Shown piece by piece: positions 30,556 through 39,949 of a DNA stretch of 64,000 nucleotides. The translations under genes and the position numbers were made by a program. The stretch comes from an uncultured Alphaproteobacteria bacterium (GTDB taxonomy: Bacteria > Pseudomonadota > Alphaproteobacteria > Rhizobiales > Hyphomicrobiaceae). The notes beneath the pieces are model-generated. The model was not told the DNA's origin and ran no database searches. It saw nothing but the letters and a program-made list of their open reading frames with translations. How positions within the stretch are numbered: the first letter of the stretch is position 1; each line of letters opens with the position of its first letter. The DNA lies in contig CAVTJY010000003.1 of assembly GCA_963735125.1 (NCBI GenBank), forward strand, positions 2,615-66,614, in the 5' to 3' direction.

Positions 30556-30636
30556 GGGTCCCCGCCTTCGCGGGGATGACGTTCGTGGGGAGGTATGTGC
30601 TCTCAACTGGCGTCATTCCCGCGGAGGCGGGAACCC
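30556..30636. repeat. Pair of inverted REP-like palindromes (BIME-like)
   Basis: gggtccccgccttcgcggggatgacg (30556..30581) and cgtcattcccgcggaggcgggaaccc (30611..30636). Each is an internal hairpin (tccccgc-cttc-gcgggga; ttcccgc-ggag-gcgggaa). The two are about 85% reverse-complementary to each other. Confidence 0.7.
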
Positions 30637-30798
30637 AGCCCACCTCGCAGCGTGCGTATGGTTCGTTTTGGAAGGCCGTCTCCTGGCAACGATGCGCGCA
30701 GGCAGTCAGTGTTGAACGTCGGACAAGAGATGCCGCGATGTGCTGCTGTGGGTGTGGGCTCATTGTGTTGTCGCAGGTCCAAGGCGAGCAGGGCGCGC

Positions 30799-30812
30799 TT
30801 GCGCAAGATCAA
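30799..30812. promoter_or_regulatory. Candidate degenerate FixK box TTGCGCAAGATCAA (TTGC-N6-TCAA)
   Basis: This is the only TTG-N8-CAA match in the ccoP-fixG spacer, 260 nt upstream of fixG. It is weak evidence on its own. Confidence 0.3.
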
Positions 30813-30895
30813 GGCGGCCATCGCCCGCGAGCGGGCAGACTGCGCGGTGTCTTGCGCCGCCTGATGCGGCGCCTGCGTTTGCTGCACGGACGGGC

Positions 30896-31062
30896 GCTAG
30901 GTGATGATCGAGAAATTCGCCGGAGTTCGCGACATGGTTGGGAGCGAATTTCTCGATCTGAATCACACTAGCAAACCTATGATTCTAGTGTCCCTTGTGA
31001 TTCCGAAGTTCGCTCGGGACGCTGGCGGCAAAGGTGGGCGAACTTCGGAATCGGGACACTAG
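30896..31062 (+). repeat. Double-hairpin intergenic repeat element, copy A
   Basis: Hairpin 1: gatcgagaaattcgc (30906..30920) pairs perfectly with gcgaatttctcgatc (30944..30958). Hairpin 2: ctagtgtcccttgtgattccgaagttcgc (30985..31013) pairs with gcgaacttcggaatcgggacactag (31038..31062). Architecture and conserved motifs (gatgatcgagaa, gatctgaatcRcactag, ctagtgtcc, ggacactag) are shared with copy B. Confidence 0.8.
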
Positions 31063-31072
31063 AAGCCGCCCC

Positions 31073-32610
31073 ATGAGCCACATGGACCAGTACATCATTC
31101 CGGCCGGCGACGTCGCGGAGGCCGCGCCGGGTGTGGCGCGCCTCGACGCCAAGGCGATCAACCGCAAGGAGGATCGCTCGCTCTATGCCGGCCGCCTGAA
31201 GGTCTATCCCAAGCTCGCGCATGGCCGCTTCCGCGCCATCAAGTGGCTGGTGATGGCGGTCACGCTCGGCATCTACTACGCGCTGCCGTGGCTGCGCTGG
31301 CATCGCGGGCCGGACCTGCCCGACCAGGCGGTGCTGCTCGACATGGCCAACAACCGCTTCTTCTTTTTCTTCCTCGAGATCTGGCCGCAGGAGTTCTATT
31401 TCGTCACCGGCCTGCTGGTGCTGGGGGCGCTGTCGCTGTTCCTCGTGACCTCGGTCGCCGGCCGCGTCTGGTGCGGCTACACCTGCCCGCAGACGGTGTG
31501 GACCGATCTCATGGTTGTGGCGGAGCGCTTCTGGCAGGGCGACCGCAACGCGCGCATCGCCCTCGACAAGGCGCTCCTGGGGTCCGGTCAAGATCTTCAA
31601 GAAGGGCATGACGCACCTATCGTGGCTCGCCATCGGCTTGGCGACCGGCGGCGCCTTCGTGTTCTATTTCCGCGATGCGCCGACGCTGGCCGGCGAGCTG
31701 TTGACGGGCACGGCGCCCGCCATCGCCTACCTGTTCATCGGCATCTTCACGCTCACGACCTACGTGCTCGGCGGCATCGCCCGCGAGCAGGTCTGCATCT
31801 ACATGTGCCCCTGGCCGCGCATCCAGGGCGCGATGATCGATCACGAGACGCTGCTGGTCAGCTACAAGCCCTATCGCGGCGAGCCGCGCGGGCCGCACAA
31901 GAAGGGTCAGCCGTGGGAGGGGCGCGGCGACTGCATCGACTGCAAGGCCTGCGTGGCGGTCTGCCCGACCGGCATCGACATCCGCGACGGCTCGCAGCTC
32001 GAGTGCATCCAGTGCGCGCTGTGCATCGATGCCTGCAACGACATCATGGGCAAGGTCGGCCGGCCGCGCGGCCTGATCGCCTACGACACCATCGCCGGGC
32101 AGGAGGCGGCCGCCAAAGGCGGTACCGCGCCGCTGCAGATCATGCGCACGCGCACGCTGCTGTACGCCGGGCTGATCTGTCTGGTCGGCGGCATCATGCT
32201 GGCGGCGTGGCTCAATCGCAGCACGCTCGAGGTCAACGTGCTGCACGATCGCAATCCACCTTACGTGCTGTTGTCCGACGGCGGCGTGCGCAACGGCTAT
32301 ACGGTGAAGATCCTCAACAAGCTGCACGAGCCGCGCGAGTTCGCTCTCGCCGTGCGCGGGCTGGAGCAGGCCAGGCTCGCCATCGTCGGCGTGGACGAGG
32401 GCGCCGCCATTCGCGTGACCACCGATGCTCTGCGCGAGCTGCGCGTGCTGGTGACGGTGCCGCCGGCCGCGCTCGCCAGGTTGGAGGGGGCCAGGCACAT
32501 CGTTTGCGCTGGTGGTGCGCGACCTCGCATCCGGCCAGGAGACGGCGCGCACCACGCAATTCCAGAAGCCCGGCCACATGCCCGGCAATGCACCTGGGAG
32601 GAGCCCATGA
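31073..32610 (+). pseudogene. ccoG: cbb3 oxidase accessory ferredoxin-like membrane protein CcoG/FixG; 2-3 frame breaks
   Basis: LYAGRLKVYPKLAHGRFRAIKWLVMAVTLGIYYALPWLRW..., VWCGYTCPQTVWTDL, CIYMCPWPRIQGAM, and 4Fe-4S motifs CIDCKACVAVCPTGIDIR / CIQCALCIDACN. The C-terminus FALVVRDLASGQETARTTQFQKPG... is in a third frame. Confidence 0.85.
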
Positions 32611-33117
32611 GCCCGACCGTCCTGCCGACCGCGCCAAGAGCAGCAGGGCTTGCGCGGACGCCACGTGCTGTGGGTGTTCCTCGGCTTCTTCGCCACCGTG
32701 TTCGTCGTCAACGGCGCCATGATCTATTCGGCCGTCTCGACCTATTCCGGGCTGGTGGCGAACGAGCCCTATCGCAAGGGCCTGCACTACAACGAGCGCA
32801 TCGCCGCGGCCGAGCGGCAGGCCAACCTGGGGTGGACCGACGCGCTGCAGGTCGGCCGCGACGGCCAGGTGCGCATGGTGCTCAGCGACGCCGACGGCCG
32901 GCCGGTGCGCGGCATGCGGGTTGCCGGCGTGCTGGGGCGTCCTTCCACGAATCGGCACGACGTCGTGGTGCAGCTGGTCGAGAGCCGCCCGGGACAATAC
33001 GAGGCGCGCATCCCGCCGCTGGCGGAGGGCAACTGGCTCGTCTCGCTCGACGTCCGCGCGCACGAGGCCGCGGAGCCGATCTACCGCACGCGGAGGCGCA
33101 TATGGCTGAAGCCGTGA
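32607..33117 (+). pseudogene. fixH: FixH/CcoH-like assembly protein; 1-2 frame breaks near the N-terminus
   Basis: The ATGA start overlaps fixG. MSPTVLPTAP... is followed in ORF 32650..33117 by GRHVLWVFLGFFATVFVVNGAMIYSAVSTYSGLVANEPYRKGLHYNERIAAAERQANLGW. Confidence 0.75.
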
Positions 33118-33156
33118 CTCAAGTCAGGCCATGCGAAGCGCAGACCCAACGCTGAA

Positions 33157-35365
33157 ATGCAAGGGCCGTCGCGTTGGGTCATCGCTGACGCTCGACCCAA
33201 CCTACGCGCCGATGATCCCTCCCGGCTCGCCACGACGACGCTGGCGGTCGAAGGCATGCATTGCGGCGGCTGCATGCGCAAGGTCGAGCAGGCGCTGACT
33301 GCGGTTGCGGGCGTCGTCTCGGCACGCGCCAACCTGTCGGCGAGGCGGGTTGCCACGGTTCACCAGGCGGCGCGGCGTCAACAGCGTCGACCTGGTCGAG
33401 GCGCTGGACCGGATCGGCTTCAAGGCTGCCGAGATCGCCGATGACAGCGAGGCGTCGGCGAAGGCGCCCGATCAGGCTCTGCTCCGGCGCGTCGGCGTCG
33501 CCGGGTTTGCAGCCGCCAACATCATGCTGCTGTCGGTGTCGGTGTGGTCGGGGGCGGGCGGCGACATGAGCCCGTCGATCCAGGCGATCTTCCACTGGCT
33601 GTCGGCGCTGATCGCGCTGCCGGTGGTCGGCTATGCGGGCCAGCCGTTCTTCGCTTCGGCGGCGCAGGCGTTGCGTGCCGGGCGCCTCAACATGGACGTA
33701 CCGATCTCGCTCGGCGTCGCGCTGGCGACGCTCATGAGCCTGTACCAGACCATGCGCGGCAGCGAGCAGGTCTACTTCGATGCCGCCGTCACGCTGCTGT
33801 TCTTCCTGCTGGTCGGGCGCTTCCTGGACCAGCGCATGCGCACGCGCGCGGCCGGTGCCGCGGCCAATCTGCTCGGCTTGCGGGGATCGGCCGCGACCGT
33901 CCTGCAGCCGGATGGCGGCACGGCGCGGCTCCCGGTCCGTCAGCTGGTGCCCGGCATGCGCATCCTGACCGCGCCCGGCGAGCGCTTCGCTGCCGACGGC
34001 CGCCTGCTGCAGGGCACCGGCGAGGTCGACGCCAGCCTGATCACCGGCGAGACCATGCCGGTCACCGTGGCGCCCGGCGCGCTGATCTATGCCGGGACCG
34101 TCAACCTGTCGGGATCGCTGGTGACGCAAGCCACCGCCACCGACCAGCACACCCTGCTCGCCGAGATCGGACGCCTGATGGCGGCCGCCGAGCAGGCGCG
34201 CGGACGCTACGTGCGCCTCGCCGACCAGGCCGCGCGCTTCTATGCACCGGCCGTGCACATCCTCGGGCTCGTCACCTTCGCGGCCTGGCTCGCCACCGGC
34301 CACGGCTGGGAGGCGGCCCTGACGGCGGCCATCGCCGTGCTGATCATCACCTGCCCCTGCGCGCTGGCACTCGCCGTACCGGCGGTACAGGTGGCCGCCG
34401 CCAGCCGGCTGTTCGGCAAGGGCGTGCTCGTCAAGGCCCCCGACGGGCTGGAGCGACTGGCCGAGATCGACACGGTCGTGTTCGACAAGACCGGCACGCT
34501 GACGCTGGGCGAACCGTCGCTGTCGACCGGCGCACCCATCAGCGACGACCTCCTCGCCCGCGCGGCATGCCTGGCCGCCGCCAGCCGGCATCCCTATGCG
34601 CGCGCCGTGGTACGCGCGGCCGAGGCCGCCGGACTTACCGTGCGACAGCCCGGTCCCGACGTCCGCGAGGTGCCGGGCGCGGGCCTGGAGCGCGACGGTC
34701 CCGAAGGCCGCGAACGACTGGGCTCGGCCGCCTGGTGCGACGCCGAAGTGCCGCCCGGCAACACGGCGACGGTCTGGTACCGCCCGGCGCGCGGCGGCCC
34801 GGTCGCCCTCACCTTCGCCGACCGGCTGCGCCCCGATGCGGTCGCCGTCGTCGCCAGCCTGCGCCAGGCCGGCTTCCACACCGAGCTGCTCTCCGGCGAC
34901 CGCACGCCCGTGGTCGAAGCCGCCGCATCCGACGCCGGCATCCAACGCTGGATCGCCGCCGCCACCCCTGCCGCCAAGATCGCCCGCCTCGAGGCGCTCG
35001 CAGCCGAAGGCCGCAAGGTGCTGATGGTCGGCGACGGCCTCAACGATGCCCCCGCGCTCGCCGCCGCGCATGCCTCCCTCTCGCCCTCCAGCGCCGCCGA
35101 CATCTCGCAGACGGCCGCCGACGCCGTATTCCAGGGCGAGCGCCTCGCCCCGCTGCTGGAGACGCTCACCGTCGCCCGCGCCGCCCGCCGCATGGCGCTG
35201 CAGAACTTCGCCATCGCCATCGGCTACAATGCCGTGTTCGTGCCGCTGGCCATGGCCGGCCTCGTGACGCCGCTGATCGCCGCCATCGCCATGTCGGCCT
35301 CCTCGATCGCCGTCACCGCCAACGCCGTCCGCCTCAAGAGCATGCGCCTGGAGCTAGTGCGATGA
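33157..35365 (+). pseudogene. ccoI: Copper-translocating P1B-type ATPase FixI/CcoI; one frame break at ~33365 after the HMA domain
   Basis: HMA domain LAVEGMHCGGCMRKVEQALTAVAGV in ORF 33157..33444. The rest is in ORF 33305..35365, with CPC (ITCPCALALAVP), DKTGTLT and GDGLNDAPAL. Confidence 0.85.
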
Positions 35366-35529
35366 TCGAGAAGTCCGCTACCACGTGTGCGGCAAGGTCG
35401 AGAGAGGCGGACTTCTCCGATCTGAATCGCACTAGGGCATCTGATTCAGCCTAGTGTCCTTCAGATCGCGAAATTCGTTCAAAAACGTTCAGCCGCACGT
35501 GGCGACGAATTTCGCGATCAGGACACTAG
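35354..35529 (+). repeat. Double-hairpin intergenic repeat element, copy B, inserted between fixI and fixS
   Basis: Hairpin 1: gatcgagaagtccgc (35363..35377) pairs with gcggacttctccgatc (35407..35422, one bulged C). Hairpin 2: ctagtgtccttcagatcgcgaaattcgt (35451..35478) pairs with acgaatttcgcgatcaggacactag (35505..35529). The left end overlaps the last codons and stop of fixI. Confidence 0.8.
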
Positions 35530-35533
35530 CCCG

Positions 35534-35716
35534 ATGACCGCGCTCGCCTGGCTGATCCCTGCGCACTCCTGCTCGGCCTGCTCGGCCTCGCAGCCTTCCT
35601 GTGGTCCCTCAACAGCGGCCAGTTCGAGGACCTGGAGGGCGCCGCCTGGCGCGCCCTGCAGGATCGACGAGCAGGTCTTGGCGGCCCGGTTCGCGCGTTG
35701 CGCCATGCCGGCCTGA
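35534..35716 (+). pseudogene. ccoS: cbb3 oxidase maturation protein FixS/CcoS; two nearby, mutually compensating frame breaks
   Basis: MTALAWLIPA in frame. The core LLGLLGLAAFLWSLNSGQFEDLEGAAWRALQD is readable in the +1 frame. The tail returns to the original frame. Confidence 0.6.
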
Positions 35717-35876
35717 TGGCCGCTCGTCCACGCCTGCGTGAAACGGGCGCAGGCTACGTGTGCGTGGCTTCGCGGCCTCGTCCGCTAGTCCACAAGCGGC
35801 CGTCGTCCAGCAGGAAATGGAGAAGACCAATCGTACCAAATCAGCAGTGCTGCCGCACGCTCGCCACTGAACAAAC

Positions 35877-36296
35877 TCATCGCCACCGGTTCACGATCCA
35901 CAGCGCGCCCCACGCTCCCAGCAGCGTGACCAGCATCCCGCCGGCGAGCGCGACAGAAAACCGGGGACCTCCCGTGGCCGCCAGCGACCGCGACCCATCG
36001 CTGAGCAGTATTGCAATGACCATGCCGCCGATGGGGGCGGCCACAAAAGCGCCGACGAGCGAGACAGCGATGTTCGCGATCCAGCCAAGCACACCCCGCT
36101 TCTTCGTCCATGCCTCGTGGATCCCGACAGCCAGTGCGGCGGCGAGATACGTAAACCCGATCGTCAGCGACCCACCGACGCTCGCCAGCGGAATCGAGCC
36201 GGTCCATTGAAGCAGCAGGATGCCGATCACGGCAATCAGCGCGATGTACATCATGAGGTTCGTCCCTGCCGCTCTGTCGGTGGCGTGAATGTCCAC
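35877..36296 (-). CDS. Small integral membrane protein (3-4 TM), unknown function
   Basis: Intact ORF. MMYIALIAVIGILLLQW...LTIGFTYLAAALAVGIHEAW...IANIAVSLVGAFVAAPIGGMVIAILL...ALAGGMLVTLLGAWGALWIV. Confidence 0.55.
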   Translation of the reverse strand: MDIHATDRAAGTNLMMYIALIAVIGILLLQWTGSIPLASVGGSLTIGFTYLAAALAVGIHEAWTKKRGVLGWIANIAVSLVGAFVAAPIGGMVIAILLSDGSRSLAATGGPRFSVALAGGMLVTLLGAWGALWIVNRWR

Positions 36297-36379
36297 GTCC
36301 GCCTACAGATCGGCGTCATAAGTATGGCTGTTGCGGCGCTGTCGGATACCACCTGCGCCAGCTTCCGAGCTTGTCGGCC

Positions 36380-37219
36380 TCACAGATAGCTGTCGTTCGG
36401 CTCGCGCACCAGGTCGCGGAAGGCGTGCCAGGTGGCGTGCCCGATCAGCGGAAACGCGATCACCAGGCCGACGAACAGCGTGGCGATGCCGAGCGCCATG
36501 AAGCCGGCGATCAGGGCCGCCCACAGCGCCATCGGCTTCGGGTTGGCGATCACCGCGGCTAGGCTCACCGCAATCGCGCTCACCGCATCCAGCGGCCGCG
36601 TCATCAGCAGCGGCACCGACACGGCCGAGATGGCGAACACCAGGAAGGCGAGCGCGCCGCCCACGATCGTCCCGGCCACGAGCAGGCCAAGCCCGTGCGG
36701 CGTGAACAGCAGCGTCGGCACGAATTCGCTCGCCGGAGGCAGCGGCTTGCTGCCCAGGAACAGCATGAACAGCAGGAAGGCGATCTGCACCCACACGAAA
36801 TACACGAAGGCCAGGATGGCGCCGAAGAAGCCGAGCTGGCCCCGTGCGTTCAGTCCTGCGCGCAGGCCGTCGCGTAGCCCGGCGCTCTGCCCGCCCTCGA
36901 GACGCCGGCTGATCTCGTAGAGGCCGACCGCCGCGATCGGCCCGATCAGCAGGAAGCCCCCGCCGAGCGCCAGCACCGCGGATTCGAGGCCGCCTGCCAT
37001 CAGGCCGAGCGTCAGGCCCATCGATATTGCGGCGAACACGACACCATAGGTCAGGCTGACTCGCGGCACCGTCCACAGGTCGCGCCAGCCGGCCGCCAGC
37101 CAGTTCCAGGGCGCATCGAAGGCGACCTGCTCGACCGTCACGCCGGCAATCGTTGCCGGCGCGGTGCCGTGTTCTGCAGGCCGCCCGCCAGGAAACTCGC
37201 CTGTCATGCCCTTGCGCAT
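36380..37219 (-). CDS. DUF2189-like polytopic membrane protein (family often found beside cbb3/fix genes)
   Basis: Intact. FDAPWNWLAAGWRDLWTVPRVSLTYGVVFAAISMGLTLGLM... plus 5-6 TM segments. Start set at MRKGM inside ORF 36380..37288. Confidence 0.6.
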   Translation of the reverse strand: MRKGMTGEFPGGRPAEHGTAPATIAGVTVEQVAFDAPWNWLAAGWRDLWTVPRVSLTYGVVFAAISMGLTLGLMAGGLESAVLALGGGFLLIGPIAAVGLYEISRRLEGGQSAGLRDGLRAGLNARGQLGFFGAILAFVYFVWVQIAFLLFMLFLGSKPLPPASEFVPTLLFTPHGLGLLVAGTIVGGALAFLVFAISAVSVPLLMTRPLDAVSAIAVSLAAVIANPKPMALWAALIAGFMALGIATLFVGLVIAFPLIGHATWHAFRDLVREPNDSYL

Positions 37220-37323
37220 CGCAGCACCGCCCTCGAAGAGCGGCAACCATAGCGGCATGCGGCATGTGCGACCTTTGACGCACGTCAAAGACCGCCCTGC
37301 CCGGCCGCTGCGGTCCTGAGCCC

Positions 37324-37337
37324 TTGATCTGCATCAA
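37324..37337. promoter_or_regulatory. FixK/FNR box TTGATCTGCATCAA in a divergent promoter region
   Basis: Perfect box between the minus-strand DUF2189 gene and the plus-strand Cys-rich protein gene (ATG candidates at 37365, 37380 and 37392). Confidence 0.7.
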
Positions 37338-37364
37338 TGCCGCTTCTGGCCCGCTGCTGGAGCC

Positions 37365-37817
37365 TTGCTCGCAGCCACAATGGAGGACGCCATGCCGGAT
37401 CGCAGTCAGCAGACATCCAAGACCGTCCTTACGGCTGCCGCCGAGCACTTCCTCGCCCGCCTGCGCGAGTGGTGGCAGCGCAGCGAGCTCGCCGGCATCG
37501 ATCGCAACGAGCTGCAGCGCATGGCCGGCGAATTCGGAATGTCCGTGCACGACCTCGAGCACCTCGTGGCGCGCGGCCCGCACGCGGCGGATCAGTTGCA
37601 TGAGAGGATGCACGCGCTTGGCATCGCCCGCGCCGATGTCGAGCACGTGGCGCGGGGTCTGATGCGTGACCTGGAAAGATCATGCGCGTGCTGCAACGAC
37701 AAGGACGCCTGCAAGCACGACCTCGCGCAGCGGCCGGACGATCCTGCCTGGCAGGACTACTGCCCCAACGCCACTTCGCTCGAGTCCGTCCGCCGAGCCA
37801 AAGGCCGGTTCGCATAG
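37365..37817 (+). CDS. Small cytoplasmic Cys-rich protein, DUF6455-like
   Basis: Intact, 150 aa. ...NELQRMAGEFGMSVHDLEHLVARGPHAADQLHERMHALGIARADVEHVARGLMRDLERSCACCNDKDACKHDLAQRPDDPAWQDYCPNA, with a C-x-C-C-x5-C cluster. Confidence 0.55.
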   Translation: MLAATMEDAMPDRSQQTSKTVLTAAAEHFLARLREWWQRSELAGIDRNELQRMAGEFGMSVHDLEHLVARGPHAADQLHERMHALGIARADVEHVARGLMRDLERSCACCNDKDACKHDLAQRPDDPAWQDYCPNATSLESVRRAKGRFA

Positions 37818-38017
37818 GCACGCTGGTTAAGCGGGAATTGTCCGACGTCGTCTTGTTGGACGCTTGCGCCGTCGCGGCTTGGCGGTTGAGGCAACAACCC
37901 AGGGATTTGCGCAAGATGCACCGAGCGGCGGCAAGACCGTCCAAGTCGGCGAGGCAAAATGGGCCTATCTGAATTGGTCGGGGGAGAGCTCCAAACCGAA
38001 ACCAAGGAAGCCCAGCA

Positions 38018-38293
38018 ATGAAGAAAGTGACAGCGGCGTGCATGATTGTGTTTGCGGCATATTCCACTCCGGCCCTGGCGGCCTCGGAAGATGATTGCGA
38101 CAAGTCATGGAGCGCCTACGACATCAACCGCGACGGCGTCCTGCGCGGCGCCGAGGCCCAGCGTTTCACCGATGACATGCGCGCCAAGGGCGTGATGCCC
38201 GGCTCGACGCGCAGCGGCGAGATCCACGCGCGCGCCTACAAGAACGCCTGCGTCAAGGACTTCTGGTCCAAGCTGGAAGAGGAAGAGCGGTAG
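38018..38293 (+). CDS. Small secreted protein with one canonical EF-hand loop
   Basis: Signal peptide MKKVTAACMIVFAAYSTPALAA. The 12-residue loop DINRDGVLRGAE fits D-x-N-x-D-G-x-L-x-x-x-E. Confidence 0.6.
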   Translation: MKKVTAACMIVFAAYSTPALAASEDDCDKSWSAYDINRDGVLRGAEAQRFTDDMRAKGVMPGSTRSGEIHARAYKNACVKDFWSKLEEEER

Positions 38294-38540
38294 TCGGCGC
38301 GCACGCCGGCTCCTGATCCGACACGTCTTTGCATGAGCGAGAGTATCGGCAGCGGCGGATGAGGCGAGAGGTCTGAGGCACCAGTCCGCTGGCGCGCGTC
38401 AGGCTTCTCGCCTCCATCGTTAGACGAAGGTATCGCTGGCCCGTACCATCCATACCGTTTTCGCCCACCTCCGGCCGGTAGAGACGCATCGTGCCGCCGG
38501 GTTATGACGCAGGCGATAGCTCCCAGCAGGAGATCGCGCT

Positions 38541-39611
38541 GTGTTCAGAATTTATTCACCAACAGACGCTGAGCCGGCCGCTGCGGAGCAGCAAAGCGGC
38601 GCGCCAGCAATTTCAGACCAGCCAGCAATTTCAGACGGGCCACCTCTCTCCGATCGACCAGGCCCGCCGCTTCGTGCACGCCGGCGACAGTCCAACCCGC
38701 ATGTCCCGGAAGACGCGCAATCGAACCGCGCGCCGGCCGAGCACGAGCAGCAGTCGGTCGAGGTGCTGCCGGCGGGCCTCGCAACGCGCAGCACGGTGTC
38801 ATGCCGAGGCATCAGGGTCGAGCTGATGCATGCCCCCAAGCCCGGCCGCATCTCATTTGCATTTCGTGGCCACAGCCATCTGCTGGTGGCCTACGAGCGT
38901 GGTGCGCGTTGCGACGGCGAGACCTGCCTCGAAGGCCTGCCTCGCTCGCGGCGCCGCGACCTGGCGCGCATGCTGACCCTGGTGCCGGCCGGCCACTCGT
39001 TTCACGAGTGGCATGATCCTCGCTCGCCGGTGCGCTGCATGTTCTTCCTGTTCAACCCGGCCATGCTGCAGGCCTACCCTGCGCTGGCCAACGGCATGTC
39101 GCTCACCCCGCGCCTGTTCTTCGAGGACGCGACGCTCTGGGGCACCATTCTCAAGCTGCGCGGCCTGATCGAGACGCCGACCCTCGAGAACCGCCTCTAT
39201 CTCGAATTGCTCGTGACCGTGCTGGTGCACGAGCTGGCGCACCTGGATCGCGGTGCCGATCGCAGCAAGCCGGAGATCCGCGGCGGCCTGGCAGCCTGGC
39301 AGCAGCGCGCCGTCACCGCCTACATCGACGAGCACCTGGGCGAGCCCATTCCGCTTGCCGAGCTCGCGCAACTGGCGCGCCTCAGCCCCTATCACTTCTG
39401 CCGCACCTTCAAGCAGTCGTTCGGCGTCTCGCCGCACCGCTACCACACGCAGCTTCGCATCGAACGCGCCAAGACCCTGCTGGAGACGCACCGCCTGTCC
39501 GTCACGGAGATCGGCATGTCGCTCGGCTTCAGCGATGCCAGCGCCTTCACCGCGGCCTTTCGCAAGGTCACCGGCTGCACGCCGCGGAGCTACCACCGCA
39601 CCGTCACGTGA
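38541..39611 (+). CDS. AraC-family transcriptional regulator (start uncertain; the true protein is probably about 290 aa)
   Basis: C-terminal double HTH: AWQQRAVTAYIDEHLGEPIPLAELAQLARLSPYHFCRTFKQSFGVSPHRYHTQLRIERAKTLLETHRLSVTEIGMSLGFSDASAFTAAFRKVTGCTPRSY. Confidence 0.8.
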   Translation: MFRIYSPTDAEPAAAEQQSGAPAISDQPAISDGPPLSDRPGPPLRARRRQSNPHVPEDAQSNRAPAEHEQQSVEVLPAGLATRSTVSCRGIRVELMHAPKPGRISFAFRGHSHLLVAYERGARCDGETCLEGLPRSRRRDLARMLTLVPAGHSFHEWHDPRSPVRCMFFLFNPAMLQAYPALANGMSLTPRLFFEDATLWGTILKLRGLIETPTLENRLYLELLVTVLVHELAHLDRGADRSKPEIRGGLAAWQQRAVTAYIDEHLGEPIPLAELAQLARLSPYHFCRTFKQSFGVSPHRYHTQLRIERAKTLLETHRLSVTEIGMSLGFSDASAFTAAFRKVTGCTPRSYHRTVT

Positions 39612-39949
39612 CGAGAGACGATCGACGCTCCACGCCTTGGTAAACAAGGCATCAAACCGCCGCGTTCGAGCCCGCCATCAAGCCTTGCATGATGCCTGGG
39701 CAACATTCCGCTCTGATATGAATTTTTAGAAGTCCTACACCTCGGTGAGCTGGCCGCGTTGTTTTCTCGCGCCACGATGCTCTGATGTTCACCCGTTTCG
39801 GGCTCCATCATGAGCCATGCCTTCGCAAGCTTCTGCTTGCAGTCACCAAGGCGAGCCACCCATGGCCGATGATCCGTTGATGCGAGAGTATCAGTCGCTG
39901 CTGCGGCGCTCGTCGCGGCCGCACGATCGCCCACAGCGTTCGCAGAATC

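Noticed and set aside
38604-38639. 18-bp tandem duplication ccagcaatttcagaccag x2 (PAISDQ/PAISDG) in the 5' part of the AraC ORF
   Set aside because: It is real in the sequence, but probably lies upstream of the true AraC start, since the family is usually ~290 aa. Two copies of a short duplication give no functional inference.
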